The notes: generated by a model from the letters alone, not told the origin. Positions 1-10,120 are shown, counted from the first letter of the stretch. The stretch is 64,000 nucleotides of DNA from an uncultured delta proteobacterium (GCA_963705165.1 CAVPJD010000008.1:1-64000); one strand, 5' to 3'. Numbers and translations are program-made.

Positions 1-931
1 CTGCACCGGGGATGTCCGGTCCGGGCCGCTGGATCGTCGTGCCCCTCTCCTCGACCTTTTTCTGCCGGAACTGGATGTAGGCATTGCGGACGGCCAGGTA
101 GGGATCGATGGCGGCTTCCTTGATCGCCTCATAGTCGCCGATCGAAAGAGAGGTGTCGTTGATCGCCTGGTACCCCCGGACGGCCAGCCAGGCATACCAG
201 GGGTCGAGATAGGAAATCGGGTAGGAGAAGTAGTCCCCGATCATGCCCACGGTGTCCCTCGGGCTCGAAGGTCCGAGGAACGGCCAGACGATGTAGAACC
301 CCTGGCCGACCCCGTAGAAACCGAGGGTCTGGCCGAAGTCTTCATCCTGCCTCATGAGGCCGATCTCCTCGCCCCCTGCCGGATCGAACAGGCCCGCCAG
401 TCCGATCGTGCTGTTGAGCATGAAGCGGAACAGTTCCGTGGCGGCGCCGATGAAATGGGCCTGCAGCAGGCAGTTGACGAGCCGGATGGGAGATCGGAGA
501 TTGGAGAAGAAATTGCCCACGCTCACCCTCGCGGGCTCGGGCAAGACGGCGCTGTATCCCTCCGCCACGGGCTTCATGACCCAGAAGTACAGCCGGTCGT
601 TGAAGGTGAACATGGCCCGATTGAAGGGCTCCCACGGGTCTGCGATCGTCACCTGCTCGGCTGTGGGAACATCCTCCATCCCGTAGTCGAAATCGTCCTC
701 GTCGCCTTCGGACTTTTCTTCGGGCTCGGCGGCGGCCACGGGCAAGGTTGTCTCGTCCTTGGCCAGTTGAAGGGATGCGGGATGCTGCTCCAGCGAGTAG
801 GAGGCCACGGCCGGCGTCACAGGCAACGGCGTCTGCCCGCCGGGCGTCGGCGCTGAGACGGCCTGCGGGCCGTGAGCGCAGCCCAGCAGGGTGGATGCGA
901 AAAGCGCAAGGGCGAGCGGGATAAATTTCAT
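1..931 (-). CDS. mlaA: VacJ/MlaA family lipoprotein (3' end runs off the window)
   Basis: Manual translation: MKFIPLALALFASTLLGC (lipobox) ... DPWEPFNRAMFTFNDRLYFWVMKPVAEGY ... AIDPYLAVRNAYIQFR; last gene of the mla operon. Confidence 0.92.
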   Translation of the reverse strand, partial: MKFIPLALALFASTLLGCAHGPQAVSAPTPGGQTPLPVTPAVASYSLEQHPASLQLAKDETTLPVAAAEPEEKSEGDEDDFDYGMEDVPTAEQVTIADPWEPFNRAMFTFNDRLYFWVMKPVAEGYSAVLPEPARVSVGNFFSNLRSPIRLVNCLLQAHFIGAATELFRFMLNSTIGLAGLFDPAGGEEIGLMRQDEDFGQTLGFYGVGQGFYIVWPFLGPSSPRDTVGMIGDYFSYPISYLDPWYAWLAVRGYQAINDTSLSIGDYEAIKEAAIDPYLAVRNAYIQFRQKKVEERGTTIQRPGPDIPGA

Positions 932-934
932 CAC

Positions 935-1543
935 TCAGGCTTTCTGGCCTTTCACCTTTTTCCGGAGGATCTCGAGCAACTCATCGGGCGTGCCCTTGGC
1001 GAGGATCTCGTTGAACTGCGAGCGGTAGTTCATTACGAGGCTCACGTTTTCCACGACGATGTCATAGACCTTCCACGTTCCGCTATTGTCCTTGAAGACC
1101 CGGTAGTTCATTGGGATTTGCTTGGACTTGGTGATAGCCCGCGTCTGGACCTCGACCCGGTTATTCGCGATCGGAACTTCCTTGTCAAAGACGATCTTCT
1201 CGTCGGAGTAGGCGAGGATCCGGTCGCCGTAGGTTTTTTCCAAGACTTGTTGGAACAGCGGCAGGAACTCCTTGCGCTGGGCCTCGCTCAACTTGTTCCA
1301 GTTACGGCCCAGGCACCATTTCGAGAGCTCCTCCTGGTCGAACATCTCGCTGTAGATGACCCGCAGATTCTCGCGCTTGACCTCTTCCTTGAGCGATTTG
1401 TTGCGCAGCACCTCGAGCACCTTGTTGACCTCGGCTTGCACCGTCTCGAGGGGGGTCGCAGCCTGGACCGGCGCGGCGCCCAACACGAGCAGGAGCAGGC
1501 TCGATACAATCACCAACCGTTTCATCACTGTTTTTGCTGTCAT
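935..1543 (-). CDS. mlaC: MlaC/Ttg2D phospholipid-binding periplasmic protein
   Basis: Signal peptide; LGRNW, WKVYDIVVENVSLVMNYRSQF motifs; operon context. Confidence 0.93.
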   Translation of the reverse strand: MTAKTVMKRLVIVSSLLLLVLGAAPVQAATPLETVQAEVNKVLEVLRNKSLKEEVKRENLRVIYSEMFDQEELSKWCLGRNWNKLSEAQRKEFLPLFQQVLEKTYGDRILAYSDEKIVFDKEVPIANNRVEVQTRAITKSKQIPMNYRVFKDNSGTWKVYDIVVENVSLVMNYRSQFNEILAKGTPDELLEILRKKVKGQKA

Positions 1544-2010
1544 TTCTTTTCCGGATCCTCCTTCTTGACGTCTCCAAAGGCATACTTGCTGATCAGGTCG
1601 CCCACGTCCACGGCGGCCTGCGTCTGGATGATCGAATCGCCCGGCTTGAGGGGGTCACCCATGCCTCCCGGGTCGATGCTGACATACCTGTCACCGATGA
1701 GTCCCTCCGTCTTGATGGACGCGAGGGCGTCTTCGTAGATCTTGATGTCCTTGCGAATGAGCATTTCCACTTGCGCCTGCTGGACCTGCGTATCCATGCC
1801 GAGCTTATCCACCCGCCCCACCTCAATGCCGTACATCTGCACGGAGCTCCCGGGCCGCAAACCCGTGACGGTGCTGAAGCGGGCCAGGACGCGGTACTGA
1901 TCGCCTTCGAAGAAGGCGACGTTGCCGAGCCTCACGGTCAGGTAGCCCACGCACAGAAGCCCCACTGCAACGAAGATGCCTACGGCTGTTTCCATGGCGT
2001 ACTTTTTCAT
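1540..2010 (-). CDS. mlaD: MlaD MCE-domain protein
   Basis: METAVGIFV TM anchor, F..V.GL..GS.V.MYGIEVGRV, ASIKTEGLIGDRYVSIDPG; ATGA overlap with mlaF stop. Confidence 0.93.
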   Translation of the reverse strand: MKKYAMETAVGIFVAVGLLCVGYLTVRLGNVAFFEGDQYRVLARFSTVTGLRPGSSVQMYGIEVGRVDKLGMDTQVQQAQVEMLIRKDIKIYEDALASIKTEGLIGDRYVSIDPGGMGDPLKPGDSIIQTQAAVDVGDLISKYAFGDVKKEDPEKK

Positions 2011-3251
2011 CTGCCTTCTCCCTGGTTGATGCATCGGATCCGGGAAACGACTTTCTGCCTTTGCTTTGCGCGCTCGATCACGGAATCGATGTCCTGGTCG
2101 GGTTGGCCCTGGGCCAGCCCGGCCAGCATGGTAAGCTCCACACACTCCTGCGAAGCAGACGTCTTCTGCGCTGCGGACCAGATGTCGAGAATCGCCTGCT
2201 CCCGGGCCTGGAGGTCCTGGATGTATTCCCCCACGATGCCCTCCGCCTCCGCCTCGTCCGTCGTGGGCAGCACCGTGACGTATTCGTTCAGGCTGTGGCG
2301 CGTGGAAAAGCCGCCGACCGCCCCGAAATGTTTGCCCAGGAACACACCCAGGCTCCGGAGGGCCTCCTGCGCCGCATCGTGGCCCAGGCGCTCCGCAACG
2401 GCGTCCAGTCCATCGAGAGAAAACACGACGATGGCATAGCTCTCCCCCATGGCTCCCCCCCGCATCTGTCCCTGATACCGGAGCTTGAACTGCCGCCTCG
2501 AATGAAGGCCCGTCAGCTCCTTCTGCAGCCCCTCGAGGCTGTGCACGACCTCCTTCTTGAAGGGGTGGTCGAAATCCTCGAACTCCTCCGGGGTCCCCTG
2601 GAAGACGATCTGCTTGCCGTAGAGGGCGAGGATGCGGTTCGAGATAAAGTACACGTCCGGGATTTCGTGGCTCACCAGGATCGCCGTGAACCCGAAGGAG
2701 CGCTGGTACTGGGCGATCATGCCCAGGATCGCGTTCTTGCGGACGGGGTCCTGGCCGGTGGTCGGCTCATCGAAGAGCACGATCTGGGGATCCGTCACCA
2801 GGGCCCTCGCCAGGGCCACGCGTTTCTGCATTCCCCCGGAGATCTCCGCGGGGTACTTGTTGACCGCATCGGACAGCTCCATCTGCTCGACCCGGGTCAT
2901 GACCCGCTGTCGGATCTCGCCCTGGCCCAGGTTCGTCGTTTCCTGGAGAGGCAAGGCGATGTTTTCAAACACCGTCATGGAGTCGAACAGCGCGTTGCCC
3001 TGGAACATGTAGCTCATGGGCAGATCGCGCTTCCGGATCTGGTCCAGGGGCGTTCCCCGGATGAGGATGGTTCCCTCGTCGGGCTTGATCAAGCCGATGA
3101 TGTGCTTGAGCAGCACCGTCTTGCCCGTGCCGCTCAGCCCGATGATGGTCGTGATCTCCCCCTCGTAGATCTGCAGGTTGATGCGCTCGAGCACCGTCTT
3201 GTCGTAGAAGCGCTTCGAGACGTCCTTGAATTCGATCAGCGGGGTTGCCAT
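2007..3251 (-). CDS. mlaF: MlaF ABC ATPase fused to C-terminal degenerate GGDEF-like domain
   Basis: Walker A GLSGTGKT, ISGGMQKR signature, LFDEPT, SH; extra C-terminal part ELTGLHSRRQF...SLDGLDAVAERLGHDAAQEAL...RHSLNEY. Confidence 0.88.
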   Translation of the reverse strand: MATPLIEFKDVSKRFYDKTVLERINLQIYEGEITTIIGLSGTGKTVLLKHIIGLIKPDEGTILIRGTPLDQIRKRDLPMSYMFQGNALFDSMTVFENIALPLQETTNLGQGEIRQRVMTRVEQMELSDAVNKYPAEISGGMQKRVALARALVTDPQIVLFDEPTTGQDPVRKNAILGMIAQYQRSFGFTAILVSHEIPDVYFISNRILALYGKQIVFQGTPEEFEDFDHPFKKEVVHSLEGLQKELTGLHSRRQFKLRYQGQMRGGAMGESYAIVVFSLDGLDAVAERLGHDAAQEALRSLGVFLGKHFGAVGGFSTRHSLNEYVTVLPTTDEAEAEGIVGEYIQDLQAREQAILDIWSAAQKTSASQECVELTMLAGLAQGQPDQDIDSVIERAKQRQKVVSRIRCINQGEGR

Positions 3252-3286
3252 GTCGCTCCTGCCTACGAAGACCCTTTCCATAATCT

Positions 3287-3323
3287 CCCTCTCCCTTGAG
3301 GGGAGAGGGTCGGGGTGAGGGTG
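3287..3323. repeat. REP-like palindromic element (CCCTCACCCCGACCCTCTCCCCTCAAGGGAGAGGG on - strand)
   Basis: ccctctccc-ttgag-gggagaggg hairpin between mlaE and mlaF; partial relatives near 24431 and 34289. Confidence 0.6.
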
Positions 3324-3350
3324 AAATCTTTCTGCTGTCTACTGCCTCTT

Positions 3351-3375
3351 TCACCGGTCACCGGTCACCGGTCAC
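3351..3375. repeat. Heptamer tandem repeat (TCACCGG)x3.5
   Basis: Directly visible, abuts the mlaE stop codon. Confidence 0.85.
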
Positions 3376-4212
3376 TTATATCAGCAACGACGTCACGATA
3401 TAATCCGCGATCAGGATCAGCACGCAGGAAATCACGACCGCCTGGGTCGTGGAGCGGCCGATGGCCCTCGCGCCGTAGCTGTCGCTCCGCATGTGCGCGA
3501 AGTAACCCTGGTAGCAGCACACGGTGGTGACGATCACCGCAAACACGATCGCCTTGACGAAGCCGTCGGTGACGTCCTTCATGTCCACGCTGGACTCGAC
3601 GCGGTACAGGTACGTGCCGGCGTTGACGCCCAGCAGCATCACCCCCGAGATGTACCCGCCGATGATCCCGACGACGTCGAAGATGGCCGTGAGCAGGGGA
3701 AAGCTGATGATCGAGGCGGCAACCCGCGGGCTGATCAGGTACCGCAGCGGGTCGATGCGCATCGTCCCGAGCGCGTCGATCTGCTCCGAAATGCGCTGGC
3801 TGCCGATCTCGGCCGTGATGGCCGACCCCGCCCGGGCCGTGATCATGATGGCCGTGAGCACCGGGCCCAGCTCCCGGATGAGCGAGAGGGCCACCAGGGT
3901 GCCGAGGGCGCCCTGCGAGCCGAACTTGACCAGCGCGTGGTAGGACTGCAGGCCCAGGACCATGCCCGTGAAGAGCCCCACCAGCATGATGATCGGCACG
4001 GAGCCCGCCCCGATCAGCCAGAGCTGCTCGAGGACCTTCACGAGCTGCTTGGGCCGGAAAATCTTCAGGACGGCCAGGGAAATAAAGATGGTCGAGGCGC
4101 CGAGGTTGTTGACCCAGCTGATCGCCTTGCGGCCCATCTCGGCGAAGGGGTCCGTCAGCCACCGGACCGGGGGCCGGCCGGATTCATTCTCGGGGTTGGG
4201 TCCTGGCGTCAT
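3376..4212 (-). CDS. mlaE: MlaE ABC permease
   Basis: LIRELGPVLTAIMITARAGSAITAEIGS, EQIDAL, YLISPRV motifs. Confidence 0.95.
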   Translation of the reverse strand: MTPGPNPENESGRPPVRWLTDPFAEMGRKAISWVNNLGASTIFISLAVLKIFRPKQLVKVLEQLWLIGAGSVPIIMLVGLFTGMVLGLQSYHALVKFGSQGALGTLVALSLIRELGPVLTAIMITARAGSAITAEIGSQRISEQIDALGTMRIDPLRYLISPRVAASIISFPLLTAIFDVVGIIGGYISGVMLLGVNAGTYLYRVESSVDMKDVTDGFVKAIVFAVIVTTVCCYQGYFAHMRSDSYGARAIGRSTTQAVVISCVLILIADYIVTSLLI

Positions 4213-4583
4213 GTCGCGTTTTCCTTTTCCCGGGTCTTATGACGGAAATGCTGCATCCCGGAAATCAAACGGGGGAAGTCTACCATAGAATACAGGGGCA
4301 GTTAAAGCCCCCATTTCCAATGCCGACTCCCGTCCTTCGCCCGACGGATCCCCGCCCTCCGCCACCCCCTCTTCCGCATGCCGCCTGCCCGTTCGCCGGA
4401 CCATGACCTTCCGGCAATTCTGCGAACGATCGGCTACCTGCCGAGCTTCGTCTCCGCTTCACAGGCATTGCCGGAAAAGGCTCCCACCGTCCAGTAACGA
4501 TTGTCGGGCATGGTGCGTTGACAGGATTCCCCTTCGCGTCGATTTCTGCTAAATTGGATCATCTTTACCCGGGGGATACGGTT

Positions 4584-4793
4584 ATGCGCATCACCGACGG
4601 AACGGAAATCTGCCAGGTCTGCGGGAAGGTCCCCTCCATCATCTACTGCGATTCCTGCGAGAAGCCCCTGTGCCGCGCCTGCCGGAAGTTCGACATGTGG
4701 CAGCAGGGATGCGGCTCCATCCCCACGAAGGTATTCTGTGTCGCCTGCGCGACGAATCCGTGGGTGAACCCCTGGGGCAGCGCGATGGACTGA
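4584..4793 (+). CDS. Small Cys-rich zinc-finger (B-box-like) protein, 69 aa
   Basis: CQVC...CDSC...CRAC...C...CVAC; GGGGA upstream of ATG. Confidence 0.6.
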   Translation: MRITDGTEICQVCGKVPSIIYCDSCEKPLCRACRKFDMWQQGCGSIPTKVFCVACATNPWVNPWGSAMD

Positions 4794-4794
4794 C

Positions 4795-4880
4795 GTCAGT
4801 GGTCAGTGGCAAGTGACTAGTGGCTTTTGTAATAATCCCATTCTGTCCACTCTTCACTAACCACTGATCACTCGTCACTG
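4795..4880. repeat. Inverted pair of degenerate heptamer arrays (GTGGTCA-type / CACTGAT-type)
   Basis: gtcagtggtcagtggcaagtgactagtggc ... ccactcttcactaaccactgatcactcgtcactg. Confidence 0.7.
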
Positions 4881-4884
4881 TTTT

Positions 4885-5037
4885 CTATTCGTCCCGTTCG
4901 AAGATCTGGTCCACGAAGTGCTGGAAGGGGCCGGGTACCTTCTCCCTGGCAAAGGCGACGACCTCGTCGACGACCTTGCGAGCCGCCTCGTCTCCGGCGC
5001 CCGTAATCTCCATGATCTTCTTCAATAACTCGTCCAT
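4885..5037 (-). CDS. Small helical hypothetical protein, 50 aa (not in ORF track)
   Basis: AAGGAGG RBS then MDELLKKIMEITGAGDEAARKVVDEVVAFAREKVPGPFQHFVDQIFERDE*. Confidence 0.7.
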   Translation of the reverse strand: MDELLKKIMEITGAGDEAARKVVDEVVAFAREKVPGPFQHFVDQIFERDE

Positions 5038-5051
5038 TCAGTCCTCCTTTG

Positions 5052-6014
5052 TCAGATGATGATCTCCTCGCCCATGGCGGGCACGCGAACCGTCCCCGGC
5101 AGCCTTTCGGCCGACCAGAGCTTCGCGGCGCCCTCCTGCCACTGGCGGTCCGTCCAGCCCCAGCCGGGGTTGCCCTCGCCCTCCTCGTGGCCTCCCATGT
5201 GAACGAGCAACGTCTCCTTCGGCTGAAGGGCCCTCGCGTACTTGCACACCGTTGCAAAGGAGAGATGCCCCGTGTTTACCCCCACAACCTCCTCGACACT
5301 CCAGGAGAAGCAGTCGATGAACAGGTGGTCGGCGCCGCGAAGGGCCTCCACCGTTTCTTTCTGCGCCTGAGTTTCCGGGCTTGTGATCCAGCCGTTCTTG
5401 TTGTCCAGGTCCCAGAGCAGAACCGTCTTCTTGCGGCCCGTCCGGATGATGAAGCAGGCGCTGTTGTAGCGGGTCTCCTTGAAACTCTCCGGGTTGATGT
5501 CGGCCCCGGAGTGGGAGACGGACAGCGGTGTGATCTCGATTGCGTCGGCACCGAGAGCGATCGGGGCGAGGAGCGTCCCCGGCGGCTCCGACTCGTCGGA
5601 GGGCCGGCCCTCGAGGCAGCGGTACCACTCGTAGGAATAATTGCGCGAAAGCCACTTACCCGTGCCGCCCCGGCACCAGGTGGGAATCCGGGAAAACTTC
5701 ACCCCCCTTCTGCGTGCGGTCCTTCGCATGGTTTCGCCGAGACGGTTCACCTCGAGACTGTGGTCCGGGTGCCAGTGTGAAAAGAGCAGCCAGTCGACGC
5801 GCGCCTCGTCGGGGCTGAACGTGTTGAGGAGGCTGTTCACGACGCCGAGCCCCACATCGACAAGGGCATGCCAGGCGATGCGCCCTCCTTCCCTGCGGAT
5901 GATGGAGACGGACATGTTCGCCGCGGGCTCCCTGAGGGCACAGCGGGGACAGGGGCAGCCGAACTCCTGCAGGAAGGCGTTGCCGGTTCCGTTCACAACC
6001 AGGGAGTAGTTCAT
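5052..6014 (-). CDS. Metallo-beta-lactamase-fold hydrolase (PhnP-like)
   Basis: GTG..GCPCPRC, LVDVG, SHWHPDH, VSH, GH and LVHMG motifs. Confidence 0.85.
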   Translation of the reverse strand: MNYSLVVNGTGNAFLQEFGCPCPRCALREPAANMSVSIIRREGGRIAWHALVDVGLGVVNSLLNTFSPDEARVDWLLFSHWHPDHSLEVNRLGETMRRTARRRGVKFSRIPTWCRGGTGKWLSRNYSYEWYRCLEGRPSDESEPPGTLLAPIALGADAIEITPLSVSHSGADINPESFKETRYNSACFIIRTGRKKTVLLWDLDNKNGWITSPETQAQKETVEALRGADHLFIDCFSWSVEEVVGVNTGHLSFATVCKYARALQPKETLLVHMGGHEEGEGNPGWGWTDRQWQEGAAKLWSAERLPGTVRVPAMGEEIII

Positions 6015-6078
6015 TCAGTACCTCGTCTGTTCAGCTTGGGACATCTAGCCTGCTTGGTGCTGCTGCCTGCGGCACATC

Positions 6079-6210
6079 GAGGTGACAGGTTACAGGTGTC
6101 AGGTGACAGGAAAGACCGTGGGTAAGGAACATGTTACCTGTTACCTGTTACCTGTACACCTGTTACCTGTTACCTGTTACCTCATTACCCAATTCCCAGT
6201 TACCAATTAC
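6079..6210. repeat. Inverted heptamer arrays (CAGGTKA)n / (TTACCTG)n
   Basis: ggtgacaggttacaggtgtcaggtgacagg followed by ttacctgttacctgttacctg... and ttacccaattcccagttacc. Confidence 0.85.
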
Positions 6211-7379
6211 CATTTTTTCCGCGGTTCGGGAAGGAACCAGACAAGCCCCAAGAGCGCGAGCGGGATGAGGGCCACGGCGGCGAGCACGGGACGGATGGAG
6301 AAGGCATCGGCGAAGGCTCCCGCGATTGGGGTCATCGTTCCCCCCAGGCCAAAGGCAAAACCCATCATGAGGCTCGACACCATGGAGCGGCCCTTCGGGG
6401 CGAGCGTCTGGGCTAAAGTGACTCCCAGCGGCAGGGTGGCCATGACGAAAAAGCCCGAAAGAAAGGTCAGCAGATAGACCCACGGACCCTGGGCCACAAC
6501 GAGCAGCAGCAGAAAGGGCGTGGCCATGAGGAAGCTCGTAAAAAATATTTTGCGGAAACCGATCCGGTCCGAGAAATGTCCCGCAATCATTCCGCTTGCC
6601 GTCCCTGCAAGGGTGAAAAGCGTGACGACGGCTCCCACCGCGATGAGAGAGTATCCTTCCTTGACGAGCAGTACGGGCAGGAAGGTCCGGAAGACGTGGG
6701 CCACGAAGGCACGAAAAACCATGATGAGCCAGATCAGGATCATCCACTTCCAGATCGACCCGAACATTTCCCGGAGCGTCCCCAGGAAGGTGCGGCTCTC
6801 GATCTTTTCACGATCCGGCACGGGCACGACCAGGAACAGGTAGATCAAAATCAAGAGCCCCGGGATCATGAGCCATGGCATCTTTTCAAGTCCCTGGAGG
6901 GTGACAAACCAGGTGATGAAAAGCGGCCCAACGGCGAAGGCAAAAGTCCCGCCCATGTTGAAGATCGGAGTAGGCAAATCCGGGGCGGGTGCCCGCGTAG
7001 GAATGAACACCATTCCCGCAACAGAGGGGTGAAACATGGACGATCCGATGGAGCCCAAGGCAACGCAGAGCAGGAGCAGCATGTAGGAAGGCGCGACCCC
7101 TGTGAAGGGCACAAAGATGACCGACAGGAAGATGCCGCCGAGGATGAAAAAACGGGTCTGATAGCGGTCCGCGAAAAACCCCACGTTGGGCTGGACGACA
7201 AAGGAGAGAAAGCGGCTCAGGCCGCCGATGAGGCCGATCTCGGTCAGGGTGAGGGCGAATCGATCGGCGAAGACAGGCAGCAGAGGTGTCACGAAGGAAT
7301 TATAGAAGTCACCGGTAAAGTGGATGAGCGTGAGCGCGAAGAGAACCCGGATGTTGGTTTTTTTCGACGGCTCGGTCAT
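6207..7379 (-). CDS. MFS transporter, Fsr (fosmidomycin resistance)-like
   Basis: HFTGDFYNSFVTPLLP, VQPNVGFFADR, GSSMFHP, GHFSDRIG; about 12 hydrophobic segments. Confidence 0.88.
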   Translation of the reverse strand: MTEPSKKTNIRVLFALTLIHFTGDFYNSFVTPLLPVFADRFALTLTEIGLIGGLSRFLSFVVQPNVGFFADRYQTRFFILGGIFLSVIFVPFTGVAPSYMLLLLCVALGSIGSSMFHPSVAGMVFIPTRAPAPDLPTPIFNMGGTFAFAVGPLFITWFVTLQGLEKMPWLMIPGLLILIYLFLVVPVPDREKIESRTFLGTLREMFGSIWKWMILIWLIMVFRAFVAHVFRTFLPVLLVKEGYSLIAVGAVVTLFTLAGTASGMIAGHFSDRIGFRKIFFTSFLMATPFLLLLVVAQGPWVYLLTFLSGFFVMATLPLGVTLAQTLAPKGRSMVSSLMMGFAFGLGGTMTPIAGAFADAFSIRPVLAAVALIPLALLGLVWFLPEPRKKW

Positions 7380-7765
7380 GGACGCAGCTTTCGCGAAAAG
7401 CGGTCCGATGATCTTAAGAGATCGTGCCGGGCCTGTCAAGGAACGTCGCGCAACCTGGCTCTCAAGGCTCCAGTCCGGCTAAGCCTCACGGGAGATTGAC
7501 GCTTCTCTACACGTAACGGTTCGATTCAGCAAGATCATTTTGGGAGGATGCCCCGCTACAACGCGGAAAGAGAGGATACGGGAATTCATGCAAGCTCCGG
7601 CCGACAAGCGGTCTTACGATGGCGTAGTCGACAGGCTTCAAAATGTTACAATCTTGTCATACTCATAAATAATATATACATAAATGTATTTTTATTTCCG
7701 TCGCGTGATCGCAGGCAACATCATTATGATTAATTATATTAGCATGTTACATTAACAATGTCCCC

Positions 7766-7781
7766 TGGCATTTTTATTGCT
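7766..7781 (+). promoter_or_regulatory. Sigma-54 (-24/-12) promoter
   Basis: TGGCAT-TTTTA-TTGCT with exact GG-N10-GC spacing, AT-rich upstream region, precedes glnA. Confidence 0.8.
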
Positions 7782-7819
7782 CAATCATTGTTATCTGTGG
7801 GGCTCGTGCAGAGGAAAAC

Positions 7820-7969
7820 GATGCGGAAACGATCCTGCACTACTCATTCATGATCTTTCATTGCATGTTTGCGGTCATCACACCGTAGCTCATCATCGGA
7901 ACCCGTGCCGAGCGGATTGGAAATACTTCCGCATTCCTCGCCTTGGGATGGCTGAAAGACCTTGGCGCT
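7820..7969 (+). pseudogene. amtB: Decayed ammonium transporter (AmtB) fragment
   Basis: Translates to ETILHYSFMIFHCMFAVITP*LIIGTRAERIGNTSAFLALGWLKDLGA, resembling the AmtB segments F-x-x-F-Q-x-M-F-A-x-I-T-P-A-L-I-x-G-A-x-A-E-R and G-W-L-x-x-L-G-A. Confidence 0.75.
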
Positions 7970-8007
7970 TATAGAAAATGAATAAATATCAAGAGAAGGA
8001 GCGAATC

Positions 8008-10105
8008 ATGGAGATTACAGCAGTTTTCGGTTCCAACGTATTCAGTGACAAGGTCATGAAAGAGCGCCTGCCCAAGGAAGCCTACAAGGCGCTGAAGGAG
8101 TCTATCGAAAAGGATGCGCCGCTTCGGCCCGACGTTGCCGAAGTCGTGGCAAATGCCATGAAGGATTGGGCCGTGGAAAAAGGGGCGACCCACTATACGC
8201 ATTGGTTTCAGCCGCTCACCGGGATCACCGCCGAAAAACATGACTCGTTCATATCCCCGACCTCCGACGGCAGCGGTTACCTGGAATTTTCCGGCAAGCA
8301 ACTGATACAGGGCGAGCCCGATGCGTCATCTTTCCCGAGCGGCGGCCTGCGCAGCACCTTCGAAGCAAGAGGGTATACGGCCTGGGATTGCACCTCTCCC
8401 GCCTTCCTGAAAGAAGATGCCAGCGGCAACGTGACCCTCACCATTCCGACTGCCTTCTACTCGTATTATGGCGAAGCCCTCGACAAGAAGACGCCCCTGC
8501 TGCGGTCCATGAAAGCCGTGTCGAAGCAGGCCATGCGCGTTTTAAAGGCCCTGGGCAATGTCACGTCAACCAAGGTTGCTTCCACCGTGGGCCCGGAGCA
8601 GGAATACTTCCTTGTGGACAAGAAATTTTATATGGAGCGGATCGACCTGATGCTGGCAGGGCGAACGATCTTCGGTGCCCCCGCGCCAAAGGGTCAGGAA
8701 CTCGAGGATCAGTATTTCGGCTTCATCAAGGACAGGGTTTCCGATTACATGCAGGACCTCAATACTGAGCTGTGGAAAATGGGCATTACCTCCAAGACAC
8801 AGCACAACGAGGTAGCGCCTGCCCAGTACGAAATGGCCCCCCTTTATACGACGACGAACATCGCAACCGACCACAACCAACTCGTCATGGAGACCATGCA
8901 GAAGGTTGCCCTGCGTCATGACCTGGTTTGTCTGCTCCACGAAAAACCCTATGCAGGCATCAACGGATCCGGCAAGCACAACAACTGGTCTCTCTCGACC
9001 GATGACGGGCACAACCTGCTCGAGCCGGGTCACACGCCCGGTGAAAATGTCCAGTTCCTGTTAATGTTAAGCGCGCTGATCAAGGCGGTCGACACCCATG
9101 CCGATATCCTGCGGGCGACCTGCGCTTCTGCCGGAAACGATCATCGACTCGGCGCCAACGAAGCGCCCCCGGCGATTATCTCGATTTTCATGGGCGAAGA
9201 GTTGACGGCAATCCTGGAGAAGCATTTCGAAAGGCCAGCCGATCCGTGTGAAGGGCGCGCAGTATCTGAATGTCGGTGTGGATACGCTGCCTGCATTTCC
9301 CAAGGACAACACGGACCGGAACAGGACCTCGCCCTTTGCCTTTACGGGAAACAAATTTGAATTCAGGATGGTCGGCTCATCACAGTCGATCGCCGGTTCG
9401 AATGTGGCCTTGAATACCATCGCCGCCGAAGCCTTCGACGAGATCGCCACCCGCCTCGAAAAAGCCAAAAACAAGAATGCCGAGGCAGCGGCAATCATCA
9501 AGGAAACATACAAGAAGCATAACCGGATCATCTTCAATGGAAACAACTATAGCGAAGCGTGGGAAAAAGAAGCGAAGAAACGAGGCCTTGCAAATGTGAG
9601 GAACTCCGTCGATGCATTAAAGGCGTTTATCACGGATAAGGCTCTTACCCTTTTTGAAAAATACGAAGTCCTGTCCCACAAGGAACTGCATTCCCGGTAC
9701 GAAATCTATATCGAGACCTACGCGAAACAGGTCAATATCGAAGCCCTGGCGGCAATCGACATGGCCAAAAAGCAGCTCCTCCCGGCAGCCATCGAGTATG
9801 CGACTTTTCTGGCCGACTCTATTTCCAGTTTCAAAGCCGCATCGGTTGGGGCTTCCGTCCAGGAAGACTTGCTGAAGAACCTCGGGGCCCTGCTTGCCTC
9901 ATCCTATAAAAACTTGACCCAGCTTGAGGCTGCCGTCGTGAAGGCCAGGGAGGCTGCTGATTGTCTCAAGAAGGCTGAAACCTACCGCGACAAGGTCATT
10001 CCTGCGATGCAATCCTTGCGTTCGGATATCGATGCCATAGAGATGCTGGTTCCCACGGACATGTGGCCCGTGCCCACTTATGTTGATCTTCTCTTTAAGC
10101 TGTAA
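8008..10105 (+). CDS. glnA: Glutamine synthetase type III (GlnN), split by +1 frameshift near 9220 (probable assembly error)
   Basis: [68 protein letters not shown]; second frame [19 protein letters not shown]. Confidence 0.93.
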
Positions 10106-10120
10106 ACTCCGGCAAAAGCA

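Noticed and set aside
6079..6210. Short repeat arrays as a CRISPR array
   Set aside because: Units are 7-8 nt without unique spacers, and there are no cas genes
7745..7757. GlnR/TnrA box (TGTTA-cat-TAACA) upstream of glnA
   Set aside because: Spacer is 3 nt rather than 7; it may still be an operator but cannot be assigned
9200..9260. Programmed frameshift or true pseudogene in glnA
   Set aside because: No slippery heptamer, both halves are otherwise intact, and similar indels occur across the window
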